Assembly: GCF_009914755.1 (NCBI RefSeq) | Contig: NC_060941.1 | DNA length: 64,000 bases | Reading direction: 5' to 3' (one strand) | Origin: the human T2T-CHM13v2.0 reference genome, Homo sapiens | Shown: piece by piece, positions 19,835-34,658 of the stretch | How positions within the stretch are numbered: position 1 is the first letter of the stretch | Layout of the letters: every line of letters begins with the position of its first letter | The notes under the pieces: generated by a model | Database searches by the model: none | What the model saw: only the letters and a program-made list of their open reading frames with translations | Told to the model about the DNA's origin: nothing | Position numbers and translations under genes: made by a program

Positions 19835-20120
19835 TTTCTTTTTTTGAGACAGGGTCTTACTCTGTTGCCCAGGCTGGAGTGCAGTGGCGTGATCATAGCT
19901 CACTGCAGCCTTGACCTCCCGGGCTCAAAAAGATTCTGCCACTTCAGCCTCCCGAGTAGCTGGGACGATGGGCACGTACCAGCATGCCCGGCTAGTTTTT
20001 TATTTTTGTAGAGATGGGGTTTTACCTTGTTGCCCAGCCTGGTCTCGAACTCCTGGGCTCAAGCAATCTGCCCACCTCGGCCTCCCAAAGTGCTGGGATT
20101 ACAGGCCTGAGCCACCGCAC
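19835..20120 (-). mobile_element. AluJ-type
   Basis: gatcatagctcactgcagccttg diagnostics. Confidence 0.85.
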
Positions 20121-21356
20121 TTTTTGGAGATAAGGCAATAAAGGCACATAGAACTTAAGTCACTGAGCATGGACCTGAGCCTAGAACTCAAAGCTCTGGA
20201 TGCCTGATTCGGTGCCATTTTCACTCCTCCATATTTCTGTATGTCTCTGCCCTCCCTGGGGCAGGACCAGGAGCAGACAGAAAGAAGAGCTGAAATTAGG
20301 ATTTTCTTCTGAGTTCTAGGCAGTCCCTGAGCTCAGTGCTGAGACTTCTCTATTAACCAGAAACAGCCCCCAACTCCATGCTAACTGGAAACTAGTTACT
20401 GCCCATGATTTAGTCCTCCTTAGTCATTCAGCAAATAACTTACCAAGAACCTACTATGTGCCAGGCATCACATTAGGGTTGGGTGGTCGAGGAAGCAAGG
20501 CTTCCGACCTCAGGGGGCTTATAGTATGGTGGAATAAACCCAGTAGAGCAGCCAGAGGCTGTCCTTGCGGTAGGAATGCAGGGAGAGTGTGAGGGCCAGG
20601 TCCCAAGATGTTCTGATCCTTCAAAAAACAAACAAACAAAAAGGAGCATTAGTCATTCCAGCCAGCTGCGGGCTCTGGCCGTGCCTAGAGGGTACCTGAT
20701 CTCTGACTGATGCAAGAGCCCTGCGTGCAGGCTCCAGGACAGACTTGGCTGGCTTCAGCAGCCTGCTCTGTTCCTTGCTCAGTTGAGAATTCATTTCCTT
20801 TTTGATACTTACCTTATGGTACTTACCTTCCTACTTAATCTGGTAACACATCTCTCATGTCAGGGCAAAGGATTCAGCAAAGAATTAGGTTCAGCAAGAG
20901 TAGGTTGTCATTTTAATGGCCTGAAGGGCTCAGCCATGAGAAGCTGGTAATTACTGGAGAAATGCCTGGCCTTTCCCTCTCCAGTACAGGTGGCCCTGGG
21001 CAAAACCATGGGGGAGGAAGGGCAAGGCCCTGATGGAAGCCACAGATAAGCTCAGCTTAGGCTGAGCATGCAGTTAGACTTGCTGGCAGAAGGAAGGGAA
21101 GGAGAAAACATACATATTGGGCAACTATGCTGGGCCAGGCCTTGTTCTCATTTAATCTCTATGCCTGCCTTGAGAAGTTCCCATTTTATGGCCCAGAAAA
21201 GGGGCATAAATATCTCCCCACCTCTTCTAATAGTTACATCAACCGTCGGGTGACAGAGCTGGGCTTTGTGATGCGAGTCTGATCTCTGCCACACCAGTGA
21301 GCACAGTGTCAAGGCAAAGCCTTTGCAGCTGCACTCCACTCCAACATTGTGAAGGA

Positions 21357-21620
21357 GGCCGGGCGCTTATAATCCCAGCACTTTGGGAGCCCAAGGTGGG
21401 CGGATCTCTTGAAGCCAGGAGTTCGATGGAGGCCAGCCCGGCCAACATGGTGAAACCCCATCTCTACTAAAATACAAAAATTAGCTGGGTGTGGTGGTAC
21501 GCATCTGCAGTCCTAGCTACTGGGGAGGTGGAGGCTGCAGTGAGCCGAGATCACACCACTGCACTCCAGCCTGGGCGACAGAGAGAGACTCTCCCAAAAC
21601 AAACAAACAAAACCCAAAAA
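21357..21620 (+). mobile_element. Alu with internal deletions
   Basis: Alu consensus. Confidence 0.85.
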
Positions 21621-22019
21621 TAAAGAAGTCATCTTGAAAGAAGTTTCAACATTTGCCTTTTCATTCTGAGATTACAGTTTTCTATAAACATCTAAGAGTG
21701 AAGAGTCTGACGTTTTTTGGTCACAGCTGAGCCACTGCGTGACCCCCGCCCCGCCCCACACTCACTTTGCTCTAGGCAAAGCTGTACTCTGAAAGCTGGC
21801 CCCAATGGGGAGGTTAGGACTGTGCCTGCTCAGAAGTCTGTGGGTGCCTCAGAGAAGGGCAACAACCCTAGGCTGGACCCTAGCCTTGAGAGTACTTCCT
21901 ACTGCCAGAGCCCCCAGATTTCTTCCGGTGGCAGCAGATACTGCCAGAAGAGCCTGCGGTGCACACACCAGAATCCGGGTACTTGGATGAGAAGGACACA
22001 TTACTGATCACCTTCCTCC

Positions 22020-22150
22020 AGGCAACCCTGTCAGTTAAGGACTACAGTCCCGCCCCCATTATGTAGATAGGGAAACAGAGGCAAAGAAGTTAGGAAACTC
22101 GCCCAGAACTCTCAGCTCATGAATAAAAAAGCAGAACTAAAACCCAGTGC
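22020..22150 (+). mobile_element. MIR fragment (similar fragments near 4600, 20150, 30750, 47700, 63600)
   Basis: cccattatgtagatagggaaacagaggc core-like sequence. Confidence 0.6.
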
Positions 22151-22729
22151 TCTCCCTGGCTGGGCAAACGTGTGGAAGTTGATGTGCCTGGTTACTGTTT
22201 GTGCTTCGCTTATCATAACCAGTGACAGCGTGGTTAGCACTGTTCGCCTCAAGGGCAGCTGTGAGGATTACTTGGGATTGTCCTGTGGAAACACTTCACA
22301 TGCATATTAACTAGGAGAAAAGCCACTGGAGAATGAGCTTTATGAGCTCTATCAATCACCACAGCTAGTCTGACCTAGGGGTAAGCAAAATGGAAGACAG
22401 GAAAAAGGGAATACATTTGCTCAGGACAGCGTGAGGGCCACGTGAGCTGCTTGATTGGTAGCGATTTGTACAGGGGCTTTATGGATCACTAGGTTTTAAT
22501 TTGCAAGGCCTGAAACTGTCCTTAGCATTCTCTGAAACCCACAGTGCCAGTCGCCCTTCACGCCTCGGCCAGCAGAAAGCTCCTCATGAGTGGATCCTCT
22601 TGAGAACTTCAGAGGGGTCAGGTGACGGTGACTGAGACTGCCTCAGTGATCACGCTCGGTGCTATGAGCTGAAATCTGGGCCAAGGGCACAGTAAGTTCA
22701 GGCAGCTAGTATGTTTAAAATAACTACTT

Positions 22730-22950
22730 TTCGGGAGCTAAGCCATGAGGACGTAAAGGCATTAAGAATGATACAGTGGACTTTGGGGACTCAGGGGAAA
22801 GGGTTGGGGTGAGGGATAAAAGGGTCCAGTGTACACTGCTTGGGTGATGGGTGCCCCAAAATCCTGGAAATCACCGCTAAAGAACCTCATGTAACCAAAC
22901 ACCACCTGAACCCCAAAAACCTACTGAAACTTTTAAAAATTAAAAATACA
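22730..22950 (+). mobile_element. L1PB-type 3' end
   Basis: gtggactttggggactcagggg...gtacactgcttgggtgatgggtgc...atgtaaccaaacaccacctg. Confidence 0.8.
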
Positions 22951-23139
22951 TACATAAAATAGCTACTTTTACTGCTGTCAACAGCATGTTCCTGAAAAAT
23001 GTTGGAATTCAAACTTTCTGGAGGGCAGCTGGTCAAGAAACTTATTCACGTCAGGAGTTTTCTAAAATTTGTTTTTAATGCTTATTGGTACTTCTGCATT
23101 AGAAGTAACTACAAATGTCTTATTAAAGTTTCCACTTTA

Positions 23140-26100
23140 AATGCACAATTTTACTTCATTTTATTATAAGGAATTGTTACAGAAAATGCAAATATCAGTA
23201 TTTGAAAAATACATTCCATTACACAGACTCCAAAGAAACAATGCTGATAAGCGCCGTAGTCCTCTATGATACCATCACCCCACACTGAGCACCACCCCGA
23301 AGGGGCTGGAAGCCAGGTGATCCACCCAAATGTGTGCCTGCAGTTTCTGCCCAGCTACTGCCCCTCCTCTGGGATCACACAGGGATGTCGTAACAGCCAA
23401 CTCCACACATCTGCCAAAAAAGAGCAAGTCATCAAGGCGAGCAGTCTCGACTCAAGACTCCCTAGCTGCAGAAAACCAATGTTGTCAGTTGTAACAGGTT
23501 AATATATTATTTATGCCACACAAAAAAGGAATAGTACAGGCAATGATCTTCCAAAGAAAGTCTTTAAGGCATCTGTAACTTCTGGGAATTTCAGGGTTTT
23601 TATCTTGCCAGTCAGCTCTCACTAAAGTACTTCCACAGAGTGAGAAGGTGGCTCCCAAGTCCCTTTGGTGAGTTGGTGCCACCTGCTTCCTCTGCCACCA
23701 GGCTGGGGTGGGGAGCTTTGGTGCTTCAGGTAGTTCTTCTGGGACTTGTCCCAAGGGAAGCAAGTGTCTGTCATGGAAACATTACCCTTCCTTGTTCCTG
23801 CTACTGTCACCTGGGAAGTTAGCGTTAGCTTGCCTTTCAGGGCGAAGCATTACATAGTTCAAAAGTGTTCTTTTTCTCCAGATAAAAGAAACCTAGATGG
23901 AGGTCAAGCTCTCCCCTTTCCCAAGACGTTCCCTCCACTCCGTGCCCGTGGAGAAGATTAGTGCAGAAACGGTTCAATATGGCAGGTGTGGGACATGAGC
24001 GGGGAGGAGTGGAGAAACCACACACACACTGAGATCCACACAGGGACCCATTCAGGGACAAGAGTGAGGACACAGAACGGGGTGGTCAGAAATGACTCGG
24101 GGCTCTGAGGTAGAGGACTAAAGGTCACGTAGACCCCACTCCTTGGAGAGAACGTGGCAGGTGAACTGAGCAATCGAATCCAGCCTCAACTAAATTGGTA
24201 ATTGGGGTTGACCGTGCACAGGCCCAAAACTCCAAATGGAACACATGTTCTAACACATCGTTCAGTGAGACACCACGAAAAAGATGACTGAAAGTTCAAA
24301 AGTCCTAAGTGTAGGCACTTAAGTTTATGGGAAATTTCGGTGTTAGAGGATCATAGCAAATTAGTTTAAGCCATTCGATTTATATATAGCACATGGTCCG
24401 TACCTTTGTTTTAAAAACAACGACAACAAAAGACTGTTAGGAATACACTGGATAATAAATCTGGCGATGAGCAAAGGGCAGTTGAGAGCACATTCAGCAT
24501 AACAATGTTGACTGTTGCAGCAAATTATGTTTCAGTAAAGTTTACTTTTCCTGCTCTACTCATTCAGAAGTGGCAACTTTCTGAATGAATTTAAGTTTTT
24601 GCTACTAGTACTTAAGCTACTGATGAAAACTTACAACAGCTAGGCAGGTTTGTACGCAAGTGTTGACAGCAGGGAGAGCACGGGAAGGGCTGGAAGCATG
24701 CCTAGTCCCAGCCAGGGCAGGGCATGTTGGAGTCAGCTCCCACTCAAGCAGCCTGCTGAGTGCAGCCCAGCGAGCGTCCGCGTGGTCGGGGGGCTTCCTA
24801 AGTCTGTGGAAAGAGGCTTTTCCTATATCCACATGGATGCGCCCTGAAGCCAATGGAAAACAGGACTCAATGTTCTCCCAGTCCATAGCTGGTCAGTACC
24901 ATTGCTATCCCTGGACTCAGGCTTAGAAGCAAGTTTGAATCAACATATTTGAAACATGATCTTAAGATTCTGAGTGCAATGACAGGCAAGATTGTTATTG
25001 AAATTGGTATGGTAGGGCATGGGCAGAACAATCGGCCTCACCCTTGACTCATCTCCCACATTCCTTTTAAAGAACAGGTATCCATGTACCAACCACTTCA
25101 ATTCATATCCGAACCATGATTCTCTTACTTTCTAACTTAGGTAACCAAGCTACCTAAGCCCTGCCTGCTTCCTTATGGCCCTTTCCAGGTAATAGAAAAT
25201 GGAAACTGACCACATGCCTCACATGGCCAAATGTTTGCCAAGACTAGCAGAGTTTTTCTTTTAAACATTCTGTATGAAATATGTCAGACTGGGGGACGGG
25301 GGATCTCTTCTAATTCATTGTTTTTCTTTTAAACATTGTGCACAAGCTTATATTCACATAGAAAGCATATACATCTTATAAATCACAGACTTTTTTTTAA
25401 GTAGTACTCCAGTTTATCAGCTCATTTTACACACATATTTAGGCAACAGAATGTATAAATCTACCGCAATACAGAGGACACACTATCCAGAAAAGAATGA
25501 ACAAAGAACAGGCTGTTGCAAAAATATTTAGTCCCTTTACACATATAGTCAAACTTCATTAATGCAAAAAAATGTAGTGGTTATTAAATGTCTGAAAGAA
25601 TCAGTATGTATGATTGAGATTGTTAATCTCTGAGTATAACACATATTGTTCATCTCAGAGTTGTTTTGTTTTAAAGCCGTGGTAGATGCTTCTCTTTAAA
25701 TGTGCATTTTTTAGAAACTGGCCAAACCTTCAAAAGAAAAGTTTAACACCTCACGGTTAATATATGTACTAACAGCGATGAACGCCCAACAAGTTCTGGC
25801 AGCCTCATCCAGCACACAAGCCAGAGACTTCCAAAGTAAGGTGGCGCACACGTGGCCAGGGCCCTTGGCTGGTGGCCCTTCATGGGGCAGGGCAAGCTAC
25901 ACAGAACTGGGACCAACAGCACTCGCAGCATCACTAGGGAGGATTTCAGCAAGAAGCGTTTGTGTCAAGGACATAGGACCTGCCGGCCTGAGGCTGGAGA
26001 TGCCCTTGGGGCTGAAGCCTTGGTGACTCCCCCTCTCATCACTTGGCCTGTATGAATCTCTTGCTCTAAAAGATGCTCTGTAGAGTTTTTCCTTGGAGAT

Positions 26101-27015
26101 TCGTGTGAGCTGAGGTCCAGTCAAAGCTGATCATTAGAATCACTGATGCAGGGATGTGTGAGGGTATTTTTGAATATGGATTTTTAAATTGGAATCACCG
26201 ACAATGCAGCTCTATAAAAAGTGCAGCACAGTAAAAGTGCATTTCCTCCAGCACTCTCCAACAGCAGAGTGACTGAGGACTCCACAGACAGGACGCAGCA
26301 AGACGAGAGAATGAGACGGCTGCTACGAGGTGTCAAGCGGCCCAGCTGCACTCCTGACACCTCAGTAGCATGAACACTGTAAAGCTTTCAGTTGTTAAGG
26401 CCACGATTTTTCAGCTCTCATCTTTGAACCCTGTTAAGAAAGATTTCACCTTTTTAAAAGGGGTAGCTCACTAAAAATACAGCTTAGCGTAAAAAGAAAA
26501 AAAGACTTCAGGGCAAGAGGATCCTATTATCTTTATGAAAACACTGTGCAGAAAAGTCCACAGCCACTTACCCTAGAGTAAAGCCAGCTCATTAAGCAGC
26601 CAGCTTCCTACGCTGAGAGGCTCTGCCTCATCAGTCAGCCCAGGCGGGAAGACTTCATGAATGCTCTGGGATGGACACCAAGCTACTGGAAGGGGAAATG
26701 GTTTTCCAAGTGTCCCTGTATGTTGCTAGCAGAATGGGGAGAGGTCTAATTCCTAATCACATTTACCACTTAGGCCCAATGGCCTGGTCTGATGAGTGAG
26801 ACATCTAGTGAAATCGATCACAGTCTGACACACACACTGACAATCATATGGAATCATTTGAAATGGGATCTATCACACCATGGTCCTTAATCGTTCCAGT
26901 CTATTGCCGCAGGAAGACACCCGCCAGCTCCTGCTCTGGGTGGGGTCAGGCTGGTGAGCAGAGCAGCTGCTGGGGAGGTGACCAAGGACGTGGCCTGGAC
27001 CCTCCGGGGGGCTCA
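23140..27015 (-). other. ANKFY1: ANKFY1 3'UTR (approximate)
   Basis: Alu-free unique sequence between the stop and the poly(A) signal, with AU-rich blocks and miRNA seed matches. Confidence 0.75.
23160..23165 (-). terminator. Likely ANKFY1 distal poly(A) signal AATAAA (second candidate ATTAAA at 23074-23079)
   Basis: tttatt on + strand at the end of a repeat-free ~3.9 kb stretch following the ANKFY1 stop. Confidence 0.65.
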
Positions 27016-27148
27016 CTAAGAAACCCCACCCAGAGTCAGTACATCAAAACAAATGTTGCAAACCCGCACAGGCTTGTTCAGATCAAACTTTATAATAGGA
27101 ATCTCCTTGGTCGAGCATTTATGGCAAAGAAGACGTCCGCAGTGACGA
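27016..27148 (-). CDS. ANKFY1: ANKFY1 last coding exon (25): FYVE C-terminal half
   Basis: ccacag|T; RHCGRLLCHKCSTKEIPIIKFDLNKPVRVCNICFDVLTLGGVS*; RVC motif. Confidence 0.96.
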
Positions 27149-27407
27149 CTGTGGAAGCAAAGAAAGGAAGTATGAGAGGAGCGCCAACGACAGACTCTGC
27201 TTCCTGGCACGTGAGGACAACCGCAGCAGGGCCTGGCAGCCAAGCCGCCCGCAATGCTACTCTGGCAAGTCTGCCAACTGCCAGCCCGGTTACCACAATT
27301 CATGTAGAATTTTTAGTCTATGAAAACAAAACTCTAGTCAATCATCAAGTTAAAGCAATACTGAAGAAGGCTTTTTTTTTTTTTTTTGGAAGATCAAGAG
27401 CAGCTCA

Positions 27408-28081
<674 letters not shown>

Positions 28082-28434
28082 TAGTTCTCGGCAAAGCGGC
28101 CCATACTGAGGCACACCATGAGGGCAGTAGCTCATCTCAGCTTTGGTGCAGGCAGGAAGTCAGGAAGGATGGCACAGGCCTGGCAGGCTGCCTGGAAACT
28201 GTGCACCTTCAGCCTCCAGCACGAAAGCCACCCGTCTGCAGGCTCCCTGCCTTCCCTACATCTCTGTTCCTCAGTAGGATCCTTGGGTGTGCTCATCTCA
28301 TCCCTCCATTTGGTCAAGGTTTGCCCATCAATGTGCAGGACCCAGGCAAGTTCACGGCCTGTCCTGGAGAAGGGGGGAAGCAATGACATCAGCGGCAGTC
28401 CCCTCGCTCCTTGCCAGTGACGCTGGGGTCTTAC

Positions 28435-28525
28435 CAGTGGTGTTTGCGAGTGGTGACTCCGAACCTGGCAGTGCACTCATAGCAGTAGGAGCCGTCACAC
28501 CACGGAGGCTCCTTGGACAGCATAT
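28435..28525 (-). CDS. ANKFY1: ANKFY1 exon 24: FYVE N-terminal half
   Basis: DMLSKEPPWCDGSYCYECTARFGVTTRKHHC (RKHHCR motif across the junction); 91 nt; AG/GT present. Confidence 0.96.
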
Positions 28526-29951
28526 CTGCAACACAGGGGGGAGGCCCGGTCCCGTCAAACCGCGACGGCGCCACGCAAGCCCCAGGGCTTGGAGGCAGCA
28601 GGAACACAGACCCGTAAGTGAGGCAGCGCTGCCACATGACATAGGTGACGAAGGAGCGATAGGTTCTAAGTGGTTCAGGGCCAGCTTCCCAGAGGAGACT
28701 GGACAATCAGCCCTTGCCCGGGAGACTTGGGGAGAAGGAAACGGTGGTCAACGAGGTGAACCAGTGTGATGTCTGTGGGGGAAACACGTAGTCAGGGATG
28801 GCTGGGATGGAAGGCACGGTAGGGAGAGAACAGAGACCACACAGCTAGACAAACTGGCCAGGGGAACAGAGGATGGGACTAAGACAAGAGAAATTGAGGA
28901 GGCAAAATCTGTAACTCAGTGACTGAACACAAGTGTGGGATGTGAGCGGGAGCAGGCAGAAGACACGGGTGATTTCCAGGCTTCCGGAGAGTGCCTGGGT
29001 CTGCAGTGGGACCATGGGCAGAGCAACCTATGAGAAAGAACTAAGTTTTCACATCTAGGTTGGGAGTTACTAATGCAGACAGGAATGACAATCACTTGGA
29101 TTTACTGGCTGAACTCTCACTCTATCCCAGGCACTGTCTGACTGCTCTACATAGACAGGTCCACTGAGCTCATGGGGACGGAGCAGCACGTGAGTCCGTC
29201 AGTTCCTTCTGAGTAATGGGATGTGTGTGCTGCCGGCCCTGTGATGGGCACCGGTGCTGAGCTTTTCAAAGGCCAAGTGCACGGCAGAGGGAAGGTGCAG
29301 TAGACCAGATGTCACAAATGCTGTCCTTCAACCCGACTCCGCCACAGACCAGCTGTGCCCCCTGGGCAGGTCCTGTGCATCGCCATCCCATGGCTACCGG
29401 GGATGTCGGAGCTTGTTTTCCTGCCTGTCTCTCCCCACTGTGGGTGATGACACAGCACAGGCACTCGAGACATTCTGATTCTTTCTGTCACCTCAGCAGG
29501 GAAGAGTAAAGATTCACAAATATGAAATCAGGAGGGAAGCACTCCTTTCCACAAAAGGGTCACAGGGGAAGGAGAGCTGATAGGGGCTGGAGCAGCAGGC
29601 CATTTTGAAGGTTCTGGAGGATCTGAGTCAGTCTCAAGAGGACAGGTGTGCAGGTAAGTGGCCAGGACACACAGGAAGGGTGGCCTGCCTGGAGCTTTGG
29701 CATTTCTAGAAGGTTGTGGGGTGTGGGAAATGCACAAGGCAGAGTGCTTTGAAAAGAGACTGTTCACAGTGACCTTCCCAACACGCTCAAAAGTCCTTCC
29801 CTTATTCAGAGAAATGGTCCCAGCTACTGCCAGGAAACGAGCGGTTCCGATCCTAAGGCATCATGAGATTGAAAGATCACCAATACAATACATGGCGATC
29901 CCAACACTACGACTGTGCTTGCACTGTGAGAGCAGAGAGCGGGCCACTCAC

Positions 29952-30098
29952 CCAGCAGTCGGAACAGGAGCTGCTTGGTGGCGACCTGGTAGTTGAAGAT
30001 GTTGACTCCCTGGTTGTTATTCACCCCGAGGCGAGCCCCCGACCGGACGATGGCGCGGCACAAGTTGGCGTTCCCTTTCATGTATGCCAGGAGCAGCA
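29952..30098 (-). CDS. ANKFY1: ANKFY1 exon 23
   Basis: VLLLAYMKGNANLCRAIV...KQLLFRLL; 147 nt; donor gtgagt. Confidence 0.94.
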
Positions 30099-31792
30099 CT
30101 GGAAAACAAAAGCACGCGCAGGGCTACTTCCCACCCGGCCCAGCCCGGCAGCCACAGACGGAGGGCGGAGGACAGCCAAGGGCAGAACAGACCGCTGGCA
30201 GGACATCTGTTCACAAAGTCCCCACAGACATACGGGGGCCCCGAGGCTCTGGAGAGAACTGTGGACAACCTGTAGCATCTTCCAATAAAGGATGTGGCCA
30301 CGAGCCAAAGAATTCTAGAGCAGCTGCCGTTTCCAAGCCACAGTCTTTCCCACGTAGAGCTTGGGCTGCAAGAGAGCTGAGGTCGCGCAGGTGGGGAGGG
30401 ATTCAACACAGAGGGAATCATCTACTGTGGTCTCAGTTGCCTTCCTCTGGCATGAAACACTGGTTTCTCCACAAAGGACAAAGCTCTTTTCACCCAATGT
30501 AACTAAATCTAAACCTACGAGTTGTGTACACATGGAGAAGAAAAATCAGTATTAGGAACACGCTCCAGAAAGTTCTTCCACCCCGTGGAGCCCGTGGGAA
30601 CCCATGCTCTGGCCAGGCCAACCTGCTGGCCTTCCCTACGAACAATTACAGCTAACTGTCGCTCCCTCTGCTTCCCTATCCCAGATGCCGGGTTTCTTTC
30701 ATTTAACTCTGAAAATCATACAATAAGATGAGGGTTATTCTTCCCACTATCAAATGAGGAAGCAGGCCTATGAGGGAGAATGCACCCAGTCACCCTGCTA
30801 GAATGCGACAGGGCCAGGCATCTGCACACAGGTCTCTGTAAACCGGGGACCTCAACACGGAGCCCCTCCCTGCTGCCTGTTCCTGTTTCCCTGCTCCTGG
30901 GCAAGGTGCTGCTGAGTACGTGCTGCTCACTCCCTCCCAGGGGCGGACTCCTCTGAAGCTTAAAAAACAGTGCGCACGTAGCAAAGGCCACAAACTCCTC
31001 TCAAGACCAAGAGAAAAATGGTGATAAAATATGTGGTCCCATGTTAAGGTTCAGACAACCCCATGGTGACTCCATTTCTGCCAAGACCACAGAGGTGAGT
31101 GAATGGGAATGCAGCAGCCACACAGCTGCGCAGAGGGCTCTGGGCTGGGATGAGACATCTGGTTTTGCTTTACGGGGTTACTTTTCCTTACCCGAAAAAC
31201 GGGGATACAACTATGCACTGCTTCCCTTATGAGGCTGCCGTGAGTCCTCGGCAAGAAAACGAACGCGAGAGTCACCGGAAAAGCTAGGAGGGCCACACGA
31301 ATGAACACAGTGATCACGGGTACCCAGAGCAACCATGAGAGGCCTGTAGCCCTCTGCATAAGAAGGCACCCCGTGTATCTGGGTAGTTTGCCACTTTCTC
31401 AGAGCATGCCGACACATGATCTAGCACATTTCTTCCTTTTGAAGATCCTGTGAGATGCTTCTATTTTCTTCCTCTGCTAGAATTTGGGAGCTTGCATAGG
31501 ACCCTATTTGACTGGACAAAAGGCAAATGAGGGAAATAAAAACAGGTGGAGAGGCCTGTTTGGAGAAGGGTATGGATGGTTTCAGAGCGCTACATGCACT
31601 TGAGATGGGACAGTGTCTAAAATCAGACACCCCAGACTCCACAACAGGGCTCTGTAACTCACACCCGGAGGGCCCAACAGAACTGTTCTGCGAGCTGAAC
31701 GCCCTCAGATAACGACGTGTGCCTGGGCTCTTGCTTTTCCAGGAAGCAAGGTGCGCAAGTGAGACGGGACATACCCAGCCCTTGGTACACAC

Positions 31793-31917
31793 CCGTGCTG
31801 CCGTCTGCATCCGGCTTGTCCAGAGGATACCCCGGCATGCATTCTAGGAAGAGATCAAAGATGGCCGCTGCATTCTCCTTGCCATATTGTCCCAAAATGT
31901 GCAGTGGTGACTGGCCT
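31793..31917 (-). CDS. ANKFY1: ANKFY1 exon 22 (ankyrin)
   Basis: GQSPLHILGQYGKENAAAIF...DADGST; 125 nt. Confidence 0.94.
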
Positions 31918-31982
31918 CTGATAAAACAAGTTGGAAAAGTTAGGAATGTATCTGCCATGGCCATCACACACAAAATAAATAG

Positions 31983-32392
<410 letters not shown>

Positions 32393-32590
32393 AAACCTTT
32401 TAAGAAGCATTTTTTATTAAAACAAAAATACCGGTACCAAAAGTACCAAAATAAAGTACCCGAAGCTGGTGAGGTGCCCCAGCGGCCGGTTTTGCAGCTC
32501 CTCCCTGGGGCTGATGGGAGGCACCAGCAACCAGCAGCTCTGAGCAGCAGGCCAGGTGCCGCGGGGCCTACTCGGGCCCAACGCGCTCAC

Positions 32591-32681
32591 CTGAGATTAA
32601 AGGCTTCGGCGTCCACTGTGCACTCTGTCAGGAGAACCCGGATGTTGTTGAGCCGGCCGTGCATGACAGCAAGATGAAGAG
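32591..32681 (-). CDS. ANKFY1: ANKFY1 exon 21 (ankyrin)
   Basis: ALHLAVMHGRLNNIRVLLTECTVDAEAFNL; 91 nt; hand-translated, phases match both neighbours. Confidence 0.93.
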
Positions 32682-33145
32682 CTGGGAAGTAAATCCTCTT
32701 ACTATGCAAGCCCAGAAGCACATGCAGAAAAACCTCCACTCCTCCTCACCCTCACAGACCTCTCTGTAAATGGGACCCGGCCACAGCAGCGACTGGCCAC
32801 GCACAGAGCCATCCTTTCTGGTCTTCACCGCCCTCAAGGATGCATCACAAATGCAATCTCATGATTGCTCTGTGCTGTGCCTTCTGCTTCAGCAGTTACC
32901 CAAAGGTGAGATTTAACAGTTTCCCAAGGAGGCAGTGTGGGCTTCCAGGGCTCCCACTCAGATGGGGAGGCTGCCCAAGGCCTGGGCAGTCGCAGGTTGG
33001 ATGCTCTACCCAGAGCACTTCCTGTCACAGCTTTGCTCCTGTAAAAGCCAACCTCCCCAGTGGGGAGCAGACCCAAGGGTGCACTGCACCCCCACCCCTA
33101 GAATGGAGGGATCGTTCAAGCCACTAAAGAATGACTGGGAGTTAC

Positions 33146-33293
33146 CATTGTTTCCATTCTCATCCACGGCAGCAAAGTCCACGCCATTCTCTAGGAGGAC
33201 TGAGCAGATGGTGGGCAGGTCCTGCTGGGCAGCAAGATGGAGGGCAGTCTGGCGATGCTTGGTTAATTCGTTCACTTTGGCTCCCGCAAGAAG
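33146..33293 (-). CDS. ANKFY1: ANKFY1 exon 20 (ankyrin)
   Basis: LLAGAKVNELTKHRQTALHLAAQQD...DENGNN; 148 nt. Confidence 0.94.
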
Positions 33294-33954
33294 CTGTTGA
33301 AGTTCATTACATGAACAGTCAGTCTCTCTGCCACAATCAAGATCCCCCTTATGGGGGCCGAGCCTGCTTGTCTTCTGACACCCACAGAGGCTGATGGCCT
33401 GCCCTGCTGACAGAGCTGGGAGCATAAGAGCTTCACACACACTCCTGCTGAAGCAGAAACCAGCAAAACCCGTGCCAAGGGCAAACTGGCAATTACCTAT
33501 CAAAATGTTAAAGAGCCATTCCTTGGGATGCAGAAACTCTACTTCTAAGGTTTTCGTGTATAAAAGTTGTGCAGGACTGCAGTGATGGCCGCTGTACTAT
33601 CTACGGGTGTCTACTGCTTGGAATAGGAAAGCCTGAAGGCAAAGGGGTTTGGTTGTAAAAAATTGTAATAGGTACAAACAGTAGAGTAAGATGATAAATA
33701 TTTATCGATTAACATGGAAAGATGTTGATGACAAGTAAGTTTAAAAAACCTTGCAAATTAGAAGATAGTATGATTCCATCTGGGGAAGACAGAGCTCTGT
33801 GTACACACAAGCATGCAGGCACAGAGGCACTTGGAAGGTGTTTCAAAGCATAAATGCCATACTCCGAAGAGCTGGGACTCAAAGAGAGACACTATCTGTT
33901 TCACATCCTTACATGCTTTGAGTTTTTCCACAATGAGTATGTACTATTTCACTA

Positions 33955-34658
<704 letters not shown>

